Assembly (NCBI GenBank): GCA_036260075.1
Contig: DATAAM010000223.1
Span: 1,489 to 25,488 of the forward strand
DNA length: 24,000 nucleotides
Source: Acidimicrobiales bacterium
GTDB taxonomy: Bacteria > Actinomycetota > Acidimicrobiia > Acidimicrobiales > JAHWLA01
Direction: 5' to 3'
Shown: positions 1-7,447 of the stretch, piece after piece
Layout: every line of letters starts with the position of its first letter
How positions within the stretch are numbered: the first letter of the stretch is position 1
Made by a program: the position numbers and the translations under genes
Notes under the pieces: generated by a model
Database searches by the model: none
What the model was told of the DNA's origin: nothing
Seen by the model: only the letters and a program-made list of their open reading frames with translations

Positions 1-728
1 CCGCCCTGCGACAGCTGCTCGACGACGTGCGGTCGGGGGCCCTGTCGGCCGACGAGGCGGTGGCCCGGCTGCGCCGGCTGCCGTTCGCCGACCTCGGGTT
101 CGCCCGAGTCGACCATCACCGCGCCCTGCGCCAGCGCCTGCCCGAGGCGGTCTACGCGCCGGGCAAGACGGCCGAGCAGTGCGCTGCCATCGTGGCCGAG
201 CTGCTGGCCGAGCCGGCAGCCGGGCCGGTGCTGCTCACCCGGGCGTCCGACGAGCAGGCCGACGCCGCGCTCGCCGCCAACGCGGGCGGCGTCCGGACGG
301 GCCACACGGTCTCGTGGCGGCACGCGCCCGAGCGAACCGGTCGCATCGCCGTGGTCACCGCGGGCACCGCCGACCTCCCGGTGGCCGAGGAGTGCGTGGC
401 CACGTTGACGGCGTTCGGGTTCCGCCCCCAGCTCGTGGCCGACTGCGGCGTGGCGGGCGTGCACCGCCTGCTCGGTTCGCTCGACGATCTGGCCGAGGCC
501 GACGCCGTGGTCGTGGTGGCGGGGATGGAGGGCGCGCTGGCCAGCGTGGTGGGCGGCATCACGCCCGCGCCCGTGGTCGCCGTGCCCACCAGCGTGGGGT
601 ACGGCGCCGCGCTCGAAGGCGTCACCGCCCTGCTGGCCATGCTGTCGTCGTGCGCCGCGGGCGTCACCGTCGTGGGCATCGACAACGGCTTCGGTGCCGC
701 CTGCGCGGTCGCCCGCCTCCTTCCATGA
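1..728 (+). CDS. larB: LarB-type nickel-pincer cofactor biosynthesis protein (PurE/AIR-carboxylase-like). The 5' end is probably outside the window.
   Basis: Translation carries LarB/PurE-like blocks: IAVVTAGTADLPVAEEC, VVVAGMEGALASVVGG, PVVAVPTSVGYG, VTVVGIDNGFGAA. The frame is open from nt 3 (ALRQLLDDV...). The first in-window start is GTG 27. The stop overlaps the larC start as ATGA at 725-728. Confidence 0.8.
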   Translation, partial: ALRQLLDDVRSGALSADEAVARLRRLPFADLGFARVDHHRALRQRLPEAVYAPGKTAEQCAAIVAELLAEPAAGPVLLTRASDEQADAALAANAGGVRTGHTVSWRHAPERTGRIAVVTAGTADLPVAEECVATLTAFGFRPQLVADCGVAGVHRLLGSLDDLAEADAVVVVAGMEGALASVVGGITPAPVVAVPTSVGYGAALEGVTALLAMLSSCAAGVTVVGIDNGFGAACAVARLLP

Positions 729-1927
729 CGAACGTCGCCTGGTTCCACTGCTTCGCCGGCATCGCGGGCGACATGGCCCTCGGGTCGCTTCTCGACGCGG
801 GAGCCGACGTGGAGGAGGTGGCCCGCCTGCTCGACCGCCTGCCGGTGTCGGGATGGTCGCTGGAGACCCGCCCGGTGCAGCGAAGCGGGATCGCCGCCAC
901 CCGCGTGGAGGTACGGGCGCGCGAGACGGGCGTGGTGCGCACGCACGCGCACATCGTGGGGCTGGTGGAGGAAGCGCGCCTGCCCGACCGGGTGCGCGAC
1001 CGGGCGATCGCCGTCTTCGGTGCCTTGGCCGAGGTGGAGGGGCGGCTGCACCGCCGCCATCCCTCACAGGTGCACTTCCACGAAGTCGGCGGGCTCGACG
1101 CGATCGTCGACGTGGTCGGCTCGTGCGCGGCGCTCGAGGTGCTCGACGTCGACCGTGTCGAGGCCAGCCCGGTGGCGACCGGCACAGGGATGGTGCGGAC
1201 CGCCCACGGCGTGCTGCCCAACCCGGCGCCCGCGGTGGTGGAGCTGTTGCAGGGCGCACCCACCTACGGCCGCGACGTGACGACCGAGCTCACCACGCCC
1301 ACCGGCGCCGCCCTCCTCGCCGCGCTGGCATCGGGCTTCGGACCCCTGCCGCCGATGACGATCTCCTCCACCGGGTTCGGCGCGGGCAGCCGCGAGCTCG
1401 ACGGGCTGCCCAACCTCACCCAGGTCGTGCTGGGCACGGCGGCCGACGATCCGGAGGCGTCGACGGGCGCGGGCCAGCCGGTCGTGGAGCTCTCGGCCAA
1501 CGTCGACGACGCCACCGGGGAGACCCTGGCGCACGCGGTCGGCGCGCTGCTGGAGGCGGGTGCCCACGACGCCTGGGTGGTGCCCGCGCTGATGAAGAAG
1601 GGGCGGCCCGGCCACGTCGTGCACGCGCTGTGCGACGTGGCCCTCGTGGAGCAGGTGGCCCGGGCGCTCACGCGGGAGACGGGGTCGCTCGGCGTGCGGG
1701 GCCACGTGCTCGAGCGGTGGCCGTCCTCCCGGCGCACCGACGAGGTGGACGTGGAGGGCTTCCCCGTGCGGGTGAAGGTGAGCCCCGGGCGGGTGAAGGC
1801 CGAGCACGACGACGCCGCTCGGGTCGCCCGTCGCACCGGCCTCCCCCTGCGGGAGGTGGCGTTCCGGGCCGAGACGGCCTACCGCCGCCTCCATCCGCTG
1901 CCCGGCCCGGGCGACGAAGCCGGCTGA
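725..1927 (+). CDS. larC: LarC-type nickel insertion protein (DUF111 family)
   Basis: ATG 725 lies inside ORF 179..1927. N-terminus is MTNVAWFHCFAGIAGDM. The HFHEVGGLDAIVDVVG block is typical of DUF111/LarC. About 400 aa, translationally coupled to larB. Confidence 0.8.
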   Translation: MTNVAWFHCFAGIAGDMALGSLLDAGADVEEVARLLDRLPVSGWSLETRPVQRSGIAATRVEVRARETGVVRTHAHIVGLVEEARLPDRVRDRAIAVFGALAEVEGRLHRRHPSQVHFHEVGGLDAIVDVVGSCAALEVLDVDRVEASPVATGTGMVRTAHGVLPNPAPAVVELLQGAPTYGRDVTTELTTPTGAALLAALASGFGPLPPMTISSTGFGAGSRELDGLPNLTQVVLGTAADDPEASTGAGQPVVELSANVDDATGETLAHAVGALLEAGAHDAWVVPALMKKGRPGHVVHALCDVALVEQVARALTRETGSLGVRGHVLERWPSSRRTDEVDVEGFPVRVKVSPGRVKAEHDDAARVARRTGLPLREVAFRAETAYRRLHPLPGPGDEAG

Positions 1928-1929
1928 CA

Positions 1930-1991
1930 CCCTCGTTTTCTTCGCAGATCGCGGTCCTCCCACGCCTGCGTTTGCGGAGAAAACGCGAGGG
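1930..1991. terminator. Long imperfect hairpin between convergent larC and the 2003..2986 gene
   Basis: ccctcgttttcttcgca (1930-1946) pairs with tgcggagaaaacgcgaggg (1973-1991), about 17 bp with a 2-nt bulge. It lies between two convergent stop codons. There is no clear U-tract. Confidence 0.4.
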
Positions 1992-2002
1992 GGGGGGTTG
2001 GG

Positions 2003-2986
2003 TCAGCGGAAGACGAGGGGCATGGGCAGGGTGTTGTCCTCCAAGCGGGCCTCGCCCTCGACGGGCCCGATCGTGACCGACAGGGTGCTGGCCGCTCCCG
2101 CCACCGGCCGCAGCCCGCCGAGCACCACGGTGGCCCGTTGGCCGGGTGCGAGATCCACGAAGTCGCGGGCACTGTCGCTCACCCCGTCGGCGGTGAGCGT
2201 GGCCACCACCGGCACCCGCTTCTCGGCTTCGTTGCCGACGTTGGCCACCACGATCTGCAACCGCAGCGACCGCACGGCGGGCAGCACGGAGGTGGCTCCC
2301 TCGCTGCCCACGGCCGCCGGGTCGGTGGTGACGAGGGCCACGGCGAGGTCGTGCACCGGAGCCAGCGACGCGCTCGCCCGCAGGGAGTGCACGAACGCGG
2401 CCAGCTCCCCGCCCGTCCAGCCCAGGCCCCCCGGCACCCACTCGGAGGGCGGCATCGCTCCCGCGGGCTTGCCGTCGACGCGGGGGATCGAGTCGAGGAA
2501 CACCACGTACGTGCCGTCGCCGGTGGCGAGGTCGCGCCCGGCGCGCACGAGCGCGTCGACCGCCGGTTCCGGTGGATCGGTGCCAAGGGCGCGCGTGAGC
2601 GCCTCACGCACCTGCTCCGCCGCCCGCGCCCGGATGGCCATGGTGGCCACGAGGAGGTTGTGCGAGGTCTCCAACGACTCCGGCGGGTCGGCCTCGCGCA
2701 CGAGGCGCAGCACCGAGCGGGCCTCGGCGGCAACCCGCTGCAGCCGCCGCCCCACGGCGGCGCGGCCCAGGCGGGCGGCCTCGTCGCGCACCCGCACGAG
2801 GTCGGCCCCCTGCTCGGTGGAGCGTTCGACGGCGGGCCGCACGCGGTCGAGGTAGGCGAGCTGGGCCAGGCGGACGGAGGGGCCGTCGGAGCCGCCGGAA
2901 GCGGCGTTGACCGCCAGGACGAGGAGCGTCAGGAGCGCGCCGAGCAGCAGCCAGCGGGGTCGCCGACGGCGAGGGGCGCGAGCCAT
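2003..2986 (-). CDS. Hypothetical secreted or membrane-anchored protein
   Basis: N-terminus MARAPRRRRPRWLLLGALLTLLVLAVNAA looks like a signal or anchor sequence. High GC3 coding frame. Starts 23 nt downstream of the histidine kinase stop on the same strand. No family recognised. Confidence 0.6.
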   Translation of the reverse strand: MARAPRRRRPRWLLLGALLTLLVLAVNAASGGSDGPSVRLAQLAYLDRVRPAVERSTEQGADLVRVRDEAARLGRAAVGRRLQRVAAEARSVLRLVREADPPESLETSHNLLVATMAIRARAAEQVREALTRALGTDPPEPAVDALVRAGRDLATGDGTYVVFLDSIPRVDGKPAGAMPPSEWVPGGLGWTGGELAAFVHSLRASASLAPVHDLAVALVTTDPAAVGSEGATSVLPAVRSLRLQIVVANVGNEAEKRVPVVATLTADGVSDSARDFVDLAPGQRATVVLGGLRPVAGAASTLSVTIGPVEGEARLEDNTLPMPLVFR

Positions 2987-3008
2987 CGGCGCCCGACGCT
3001 AGCGAACG

Positions 3009-4676
3009 TCACCGCCGCCGACGCCGGGGCCCGTAGCCATCGCCCGCCGCCGGCAGGCTCATCGCGAACGCCGCCCCGCCTCCCGGGTTGTCCGCGACCC
3101 ACAGGTCGCCGCCCTGCTCGCGCATGAGCCGCGAGGCCACGTACAGCCCGAGTCCCGAGCCCTCGGTGCCCGCCGACGTGGATCCCCGACGGGCGCGCTC
3201 GAAGACGGTCCGCCGTTCGGCGACGGGCACGCCCGGGCCTTTGTCGGCCACCGTCACGACCACCCAGTCGTCGCGGACCTCCCCCCGCACCTCGACGGGG
3301 GTGCCGGGCGCGTAGCGGGCTGCGTTGTCGAGGAGGTTGCGCAGCACCTGCACCGTCTCGGTGGGCCGGCCGACGGCCACGAGGCGGTCGTCGACGTCGA
3401 GCGTGACATCGTGGCCGCTTGAGCGTTCGAGGAGCACGACCGGCTCGATCACCTCGCACACCGGGAACGGCCGCGGCTCCTCCCGCTCCCGCGCGGCCAC
3501 CAGCTCCTGCAGCCGGCTGACCTCGGCTCCGAGCGCGTGCGTCAGCGCGTCGACCGTGCCCGCGTCGAGCTCGTCGTGGCTCCGACCGAGCAGGTCGGCC
3601 ACGCCGCCTATGGCGAACAGAGCGGAGCGCACGTCGTGCTGTCGCTCTTCGAGCGCTTGGCGCTCCGCCTCGCGCTGTGCCTCGATGCTGCGCACGCGGG
3701 CCTGCGAGCGCCGGAGCGCGGTGGCCTGGCGAGCGTGCTGCTCGTGCAGGTCGCGGTTGACGCCCATGAGGGCGAACAGCACGCCTTCGAAGCGGAGGAT
3801 GCGACTGGCGGCCAGCCACAGCGACCCCGCCGGGTAGGTGACGGCCAGGGCCATCCGGGCTTCGCCGAGGCCGAGCAGCATGAGCGCCAGCCACGCGTAG
3901 AGCGGGCGGTCGCGTGCGTCGGCGCACACCCAGAAGCGGACGGCGAGGAGCAGCACCACCCCGGCCACGAGCGCGTGTGCCACCGCCTGCCCCGCCGACG
4001 GCACCGTGCCCTCGCGCCGTCCGGCCAGGATCTCGGCGGTGGCGGGTGAGAGCACGAGCACCGTCGTGAGAACGGCCAACCCGAAGAGGGCCATCACCCC
4101 GGCGCGCGCCGGGGGGACCGTGCGCAGCCGGTCGCGCAGGCGTCCCGGAAGCGGGAAGACGGGCAGGGCCAGGACGAGCAGGCCGACCACGAAGCCGAGC
4201 GGCGGGACGAGCTCAACGAGTGTGTCGTCGCGCGCCCCCACGGGCAGGCGGGGGAGGACGAGCTCGTCGAAGCCCACGAACACGGCCCCGAGGATCACGA
4301 GGCCCACCCCGACGGCGATGTCGCGCCGTTCGCCCAGGAGCCGCCAGCGCAGCAGCACCAGCGCACCGACGACGACCGCGATCACCGTGGTCGAGGTGTC
4401 GAGGATGTCGTTCACGGAGGCCATGGCCTCGGTCGCCCCGTAGCCGCCCGCGTCGAGGGCTGCGAACACTCCCCAGGTCAGCCCGGTTATGGCCAGCGCC
4501 AAGAGCAGCGGCCCCGTGAACGGCCGGCGATCCGAGCCGCGCGGCCCGTCGGCTGCCTGGGCGCCGCCACCGCGCGCCGGGCGCGCCCACCGAGACCCCC
4601 CTTCCTCCGCTGCCATGCGGGCCCGCCACGGTCGTCCGAGCGGGACGCTTCCGCCCGCTGCTGAACCCATGTGCAC
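3009..4676 (-). CDS. Sensor histidine kinase with a multi-TM N-terminal domain. No response regulator is adjacent.
   Basis: H-box-like ERQHDVRSALFAIGG. ATPase boxes LRNLLDNAARYA, DKGPGV, GSGLGLYV. Several hydrophobic helices in the N-terminal half. The start is uncertain (4676 or the internal Met near 4616). Confidence 0.85.
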   Translation of the reverse strand: MHMGSAAGGSVPLGRPWRARMAAEEGGSRWARPARGGGAQAADGPRGSDRRPFTGPLLLALAITGLTWGVFAALDAGGYGATEAMASVNDILDTSTTVIAVVVGALVLLRWRLLGERRDIAVGVGLVILGAVFVGFDELVLPRLPVGARDDTLVELVPPLGFVVGLLVLALPVFPLPGRLRDRLRTVPPARAGVMALFGLAVLTTVLVLSPATAEILAGRREGTVPSAGQAVAHALVAGVVLLLAVRFWVCADARDRPLYAWLALMLLGLGEARMALAVTYPAGSLWLAASRILRFEGVLFALMGVNRDLHEQHARQATALRRSQARVRSIEAQREAERQALEERQHDVRSALFAIGGVADLLGRSHDELDAGTVDALTHALGAEVSRLQELVAAREREEPRPFPVCEVIEPVVLLERSSGHDVTLDVDDRLVAVGRPTETVQVLRNLLDNAARYAPGTPVEVRGEVRDDWVVVTVADKGPGVPVAERRTVFERARRGSTSAGTEGSGLGLYVASRLMREQGGDLWVADNPGGGAAFAMSLPAAGDGYGPRRRRR

Positions 4677-4703
4677 GTCCTCGCGATCTCGGTCGCTGTC
4701 GGT

Positions 4704-4720
4704 GACGAGTCTTACTCGTC
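4704..4720. promoter_or_regulatory. Palindrome immediately upstream of ATG 4721, in the divergent histidine kinase / PRTase intergenic region
   Basis: gacgagt-ctt-actcgtc: 7-bp perfect arms with a 3-nt spacer. Confidence 0.25.
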
Positions 4721-5332
4721 ATGAGCGCCTTCGAGTTGAGGACCCGGTGCTACGGTCGCCGCTCGATGACCGTCGACGAGGCCCGAGAACGCCTGGTTTC
4801 GGTCCTGTCGCGAGGGATGAGCACGGCGGTCGGCGAGCCGTTCACGCTCAGCTCCGGAGCCCGCAGTTGGGTCGTGTTCGACTGCGCCGACGCCATCTGC
4901 GACGACGACACCCTCGGCTTCGTCGTCTCCTACCTGCTCGACCACGTCGACGTGGACTGCGACGCGGTGGGCGGGCCCGCCCTCGGTGCCGGGCCCCTCG
5001 TCTACGGCGCGGGCGCGGTGGCGGGACGGCGTTGCTTCCTGGTGCGAGAGGCGCAGAAGGGGCACGGGGTCGGAGGCTGGTTCAAAGGGCACTTCCGACC
5101 GGGCGACCGGGTGCTGGTGGTGGAGGACGTGGTGACCACCGGCGACTCGCTGCTCAAGGCCATGCGCGTGGTGCGCGACCAGGGCGGGGTCGTGGTCGGT
5201 GCGGCCACGCTGATCGACCGGGGCGATATCACCGCCGCCAAGGTCGCCGAGGAGTTCGGCGTGCCCTACGTGCCGATGACGACGTACCGCGACTACGGCG
5301 TGGACCCCGTGGAAGCGGTGCCGTCGGCCTGA
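4721..5332 (+). CDS. Orotate phosphoribosyltransferase-like type I PRTase (PyrE family), chromosomal
   Basis: FTLSSG block, flexible-loop-like REAQKGHGVGGWFKG, PRPP loop VLVVEDVVTTGDS, LIDRG. Possible alternative start at ATG 4766 (MTVDEARERL). GC content matches the flanking core. Confidence 0.65.
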   Translation: MSAFELRTRCYGRRSMTVDEARERLVSVLSRGMSTAVGEPFTLSSGARSWVVFDCADAICDDDTLGFVVSYLLDHVDVDCDAVGGPALGAGPLVYGAGAVAGRRCFLVREAQKGHGVGGWFKGHFRPGDRVLVVEDVVTTGDSLLKAMRVVRDQGGVVVGAATLIDRGDITAAKVAEEFGVPYVPMTTYRDYGVDPVEAVPSA

Positions 5333-5338
5333 GCCGAG

Positions 5339-5343
5339 GCGGT
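5339..5343. repeat. Left copy of the 5-bp target-site duplication GCGGT
   Basis: gcggt directly abuts IR-L. An identical gcggt directly abuts IR-R at 12641-12645. Confidence 0.7.
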
Positions 5344-5359
5344 GGGCTACCGACAGAAC
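5344..5359. repeat. Left terminal inverted repeat (IR-L)
   Basis: gggctaccgacagaac. The reverse complement of 12625-12640 is gggctaccgacacaac. 15/16 identical, with the first 12 perfect. Confidence 0.75.
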
Positions 5360-5365
5360 TGTCCT

Positions 5366-5387
5366 GACGTGGGGTTACCCCAGCGTC
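5366..5387 (-). terminator. Hairpin downstream of the PRTase cassette
   Basis: gacgtgggg-tta-ccccagcgtc: a 9-bp stem with one bulge, located between the stop at 5428 and IR-L. No U-tract. Confidence 0.3.
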
Positions 5388-5427
5388 TTGCGGATCGGTT
5401 CCCCCCTCTGCTGGGTCGCGTTCCCAA

Positions 5428-6282
5428 CTACCCGCCGGGAACGGCTGCCTGGCGAGCCTTGGACTCAAGAGCTGCGAAGTCAGCATCACCGAGTTTGAGT
5501 ACCGCGTTCAGGTTCAAACGGTGCTCATCGAGCTTCGTTCGTGCAGACCCTTCGCTTCGCTCAACGAAGACGAACGCTTCACGAACGATGAAGCCTGCCT
5601 CCCGCGCTCGACTCGCGGTCTCCACTAGAAGCTCTCCATCAGTTCCGACGTCGTCCAGCAAGAGTCCTCGGCCGTGGGTAACGGCCGACTCGACGTATTG
5701 GCCGTCGAGGGGCGAATCACGAATAACCACCGAAGGCAGCTTCAAGATCTGGGCAACGGTCAGTCCGAGGATGGGGTTACCGGATTTCGGCAAGATAAGA
5801 GCGTGGTAATTTTTGACGATAATGTTCTCATTAATACTTTCAGCCAGGATCTCGGCTAGTACCTTAAGATGTGCTTCTGTCAGTACCGCTTCTCTGAGAT
5901 CTAGGGAGTAGCTAGCTTTTACAGCTCCACTTTTGCCCAACGTTTGAGGAGTGTCAGACTTCTTTAGATGAAGAAACATTACCCATTCAATGGGGCTCAC
6001 TTCGTTTGGTGTGGGGAAACCTTCCTTTGCAACCTGTTCTGGCGCGACATCTACGAAGTGCGATTTCTTCTCCGCCGGTGATTCCTCGGCTGCTTCGACC
6101 GCAGGTGGAGACACATCGCCGGTCCTGCGTCCCTGCAGGACCCCGTATAGAAATGCCAGAGCCCCCAACAACAACGAACCGCCCGCTAGCAACGGTTGAT
6201 CCTTGAGCATCACTGCGCCCAGGATCCCGCCGAGCGCGACGGGGAACGGGCCTCGCACCTTCTGCAACCATTGCCAGTCCAT
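5428..6282 (-). CDS. 2TM membrane-anchored protein with a divergent PRTase-fold C-terminal domain
   Basis: ATG 6282 is preceded by GAGGAA about 6 nt upstream; the track ORF begins at TTG 6348. Two hydrophobic helices: FPVALGGILGAVML and LLAGGSLLLGALAFLYGVL. PRTase core: ALILPKSGNPILGLTVAQILKLPSVVIR ... GLLLDDVGTDGELL ... FVFVERSEG. Confidence 0.7.
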   Translation of the reverse strand: MDWQWLQKVRGPFPVALGGILGAVMLKDQPLLAGGSLLLGALAFLYGVLQGRRTGDVSPPAVEAAEESPAEKKSHFVDVAPEQVAKEGFPTPNEVSPIEWVMFLHLKKSDTPQTLGKSGAVKASYSLDLREAVLTEAHLKVLAEILAESINENIIVKNYHALILPKSGNPILGLTVAQILKLPSVVIRDSPLDGQYVESAVTHGRGLLLDDVGTDGELLVETASRAREAGFIVREAFVFVERSEGSARTKLDEHRLNLNAVLKLGDADFAALESKARQAAVPGG

Positions 6283-6374
6283 GGGGGTTCCTCGTTCTGC
6301 GCGACCTGCGGCGGTACGGAGGAAGTCTAGACGGCCGAGTGCTAGCAAAGGTGACCAGTGGGGGGGCGGATATG

Positions 6375-6752
6375 CTAAATCTGATTCTCAGGTCTCGAAA
6401 GGACCTCGTAAATTTCTTCTCGCAGAAGGCGAGCCAGTCCAGCGCCCTCTTGGGCCGTGTTTGCCTCAAGCACCGCTTGCAGATGGCGCCTGAAAACTTC
6501 ATTCAGACTTGTAATTGCACCTTGTGGCAACGCCCCATGGCTGTCCCAGACGTCGCTGATGACGGCAAGCGCACGTGCAATCCCACTGTACCGAGCATCG
6601 CCAGAGTTGTCAGCTGCGTCCCAGCAGTAATTCTCCAGCTCCTGAACGGCCGGAGCAGACAGCAGGCCGTCAGTTATCAGTCGTTCAAGCGATGACGCGT
6701 CCATCCGGTACCGGTTCGATGCCCAAATCATCGTAGGTGATAAGTGGCTCAT
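6375..6752 (-). CDS. Hypothetical 125-aa protein, the middle gene of the PRTase cassette
   Basis: ORF in the low-GC segment, co-directional with and overlapping the 3' end of the upstream OPRT-like gene. Candidate starts are 6752 (GAGGGG upstream), 6731 and 6704. No family recognised. Confidence 0.5.
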   Translation of the reverse strand: MSHLSPTMIWASNRYRMDASSLERLITDGLLSAPAVQELENYCWDAADNSGDARYSGIARALAVISDVWDSHGALPQGAITSLNEVFRRHLQAVLEANTAQEGAGLARLLREEIYEVLSRPENQI

Positions 6753-7347
6753 AGACGCGAACCCCTCGTTCGCGCAGACGTTGACGGGTCGTTTCTCCGC
6801 GGTCGACCAGCGTGACTGCCATGACTACGTCGACTTGGAACGGTTCAAGAGCATCAAGCGCGTCGAGAATCGAGCGACCAGTCGTAGCAACGTCATCAAG
6901 GAGCAGTACTGGAAGACCGGGCGTGAGCGTCGCGCCCACGATGCGCTGACGCTTTCCGTGTAGCTTCTCGTCCTTCAGCACGGAGAACCAGAGCTTCTGA
7001 GCTGTAAAGGCAACAGCGTGCGCCAACGGATCCGCTCCGAGGGTCATGCCTCCAGCTGCGTCGAACTCCACGCCAGCCTGCTGGGTGAGCTCAAGGATCG
7101 CCTCGCCAACTCGCTGAAGGCAAGTGCCGTGAGCGAGAGCGCGTTTGGCATCGACGTAGTCGTGACTGAGATAGCCGGACGATAGTTCGAACGGCTCTGC
7201 TCGTCGCTCGTACCCCCACTTCGCCACCATGGCGATGATCGAATCTCGCAACTCGGACACGCGACTCAACTCCCGAGGCCCGCTCGGGCCACGGCGATCA
7301 GTGTAGGAGTTCTCCGGTTCGGTGTGGACACCGCTGAATCCTTGCAC
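6685..7347 (-). CDS. Orotate phosphoribosyltransferase-like type I PRTase (PyrE family), transposon-borne
   Basis: FELSSGYLSHDYVD, loop LKDEKLHGKRQRIVG, PRPP loop VLLLDDVATTGRS, LVDRG, C-terminus TYDDLGIEPV. The likely true start is GTG 7260 (GGGAG 9 nt upstream); the track start is GTG 7347. Confidence 0.75.
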   Translation of the reverse strand: MQGFSGVHTEPENSYTDRRGPSGPRELSRVSELRDSIIAMVAKWGYERRAEPFELSSGYLSHDYVDAKRALAHGTCLQRVGEAILELTQQAGVEFDAAGGMTLGADPLAHAVAFTAQKLWFSVLKDEKLHGKRQRIVGATLTPGLPVLLLDDVATTGRSILDALDALEPFQVDVVMAVTLVDRGETTRQRLRERGVRVYEPLITYDDLGIEPVPDGRVIA

Positions 7348-7402
7348 AGTCCGCGCCTTCCTTCTCGGGCAGGGCCCGCCAGTTCGGACTCTCAGGTCCT
7401 TG

Positions 7403-7447
7403 ACTCTGAACTCCAGACTTCAGAATCCGAAGTTCGAAGTTCAGAGT
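7403..7447. promoter_or_regulatory. Operator-like repeat cluster between the PRTase cassette and the wHTH gene
   Basis: 9-bp inverted repeat actctgaac (7403-7411) / gttcagagt (7439-7447). TTCAGA half-sites at 7419-7424 and 7440-7445, 21 bp apart. Tandem gaagttc x2 at 7429-7442. Confidence 0.5.

Noticed and set aside
1989-1997. A G9 homopolymer tract considered as a possible phase-variation switch.
   Set aside because: It lies in the stem and flank of the hairpin between two convergent stop codons, so no ORF or promoter is obviously affected.
5329-5339. ctgagcc / gagccgagg occurs after the chromosomal PRTase stop (5329-5339) and again after the transposase stop (12477-12496).
   Set aside because: The matches are short (7-9 nt) and GC-rich, are interrupted on the right side, and are not positioned symmetrically to the IRs. 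Probably chance.
5333-5430. An expected direct repeat of the tRNA-Leu 3' half (attL/attR) at the far end of the island.
   Set aside because: I could not find any copy of gagggacttgaaccc or neighbouring tRNA sequence here. The boundaries are instead explained by inverted repeats plus a 5-bp duplication, so the integrase-mediated genomic-island model was dropped.
5342-6502. Plus- and minus-strand ORFs overlapping the 2TM-PRTase gene, such as 5342..5809 (+) and 5987..6502 (-).
   Set aside because: They have no recognisable domains and are overlapped by a frame with a clear PRTase core, TM helices and an RBS.
7400-7428. TTGACT at 7400-7405 considered as the -35 of a canonical promoter.
   Set aside because: No acceptable TAnnnT hexamer lies at 16-18 nt spacing; the candidates are agaatc and gaatcc. 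Only the repeat or operator architecture is reported.
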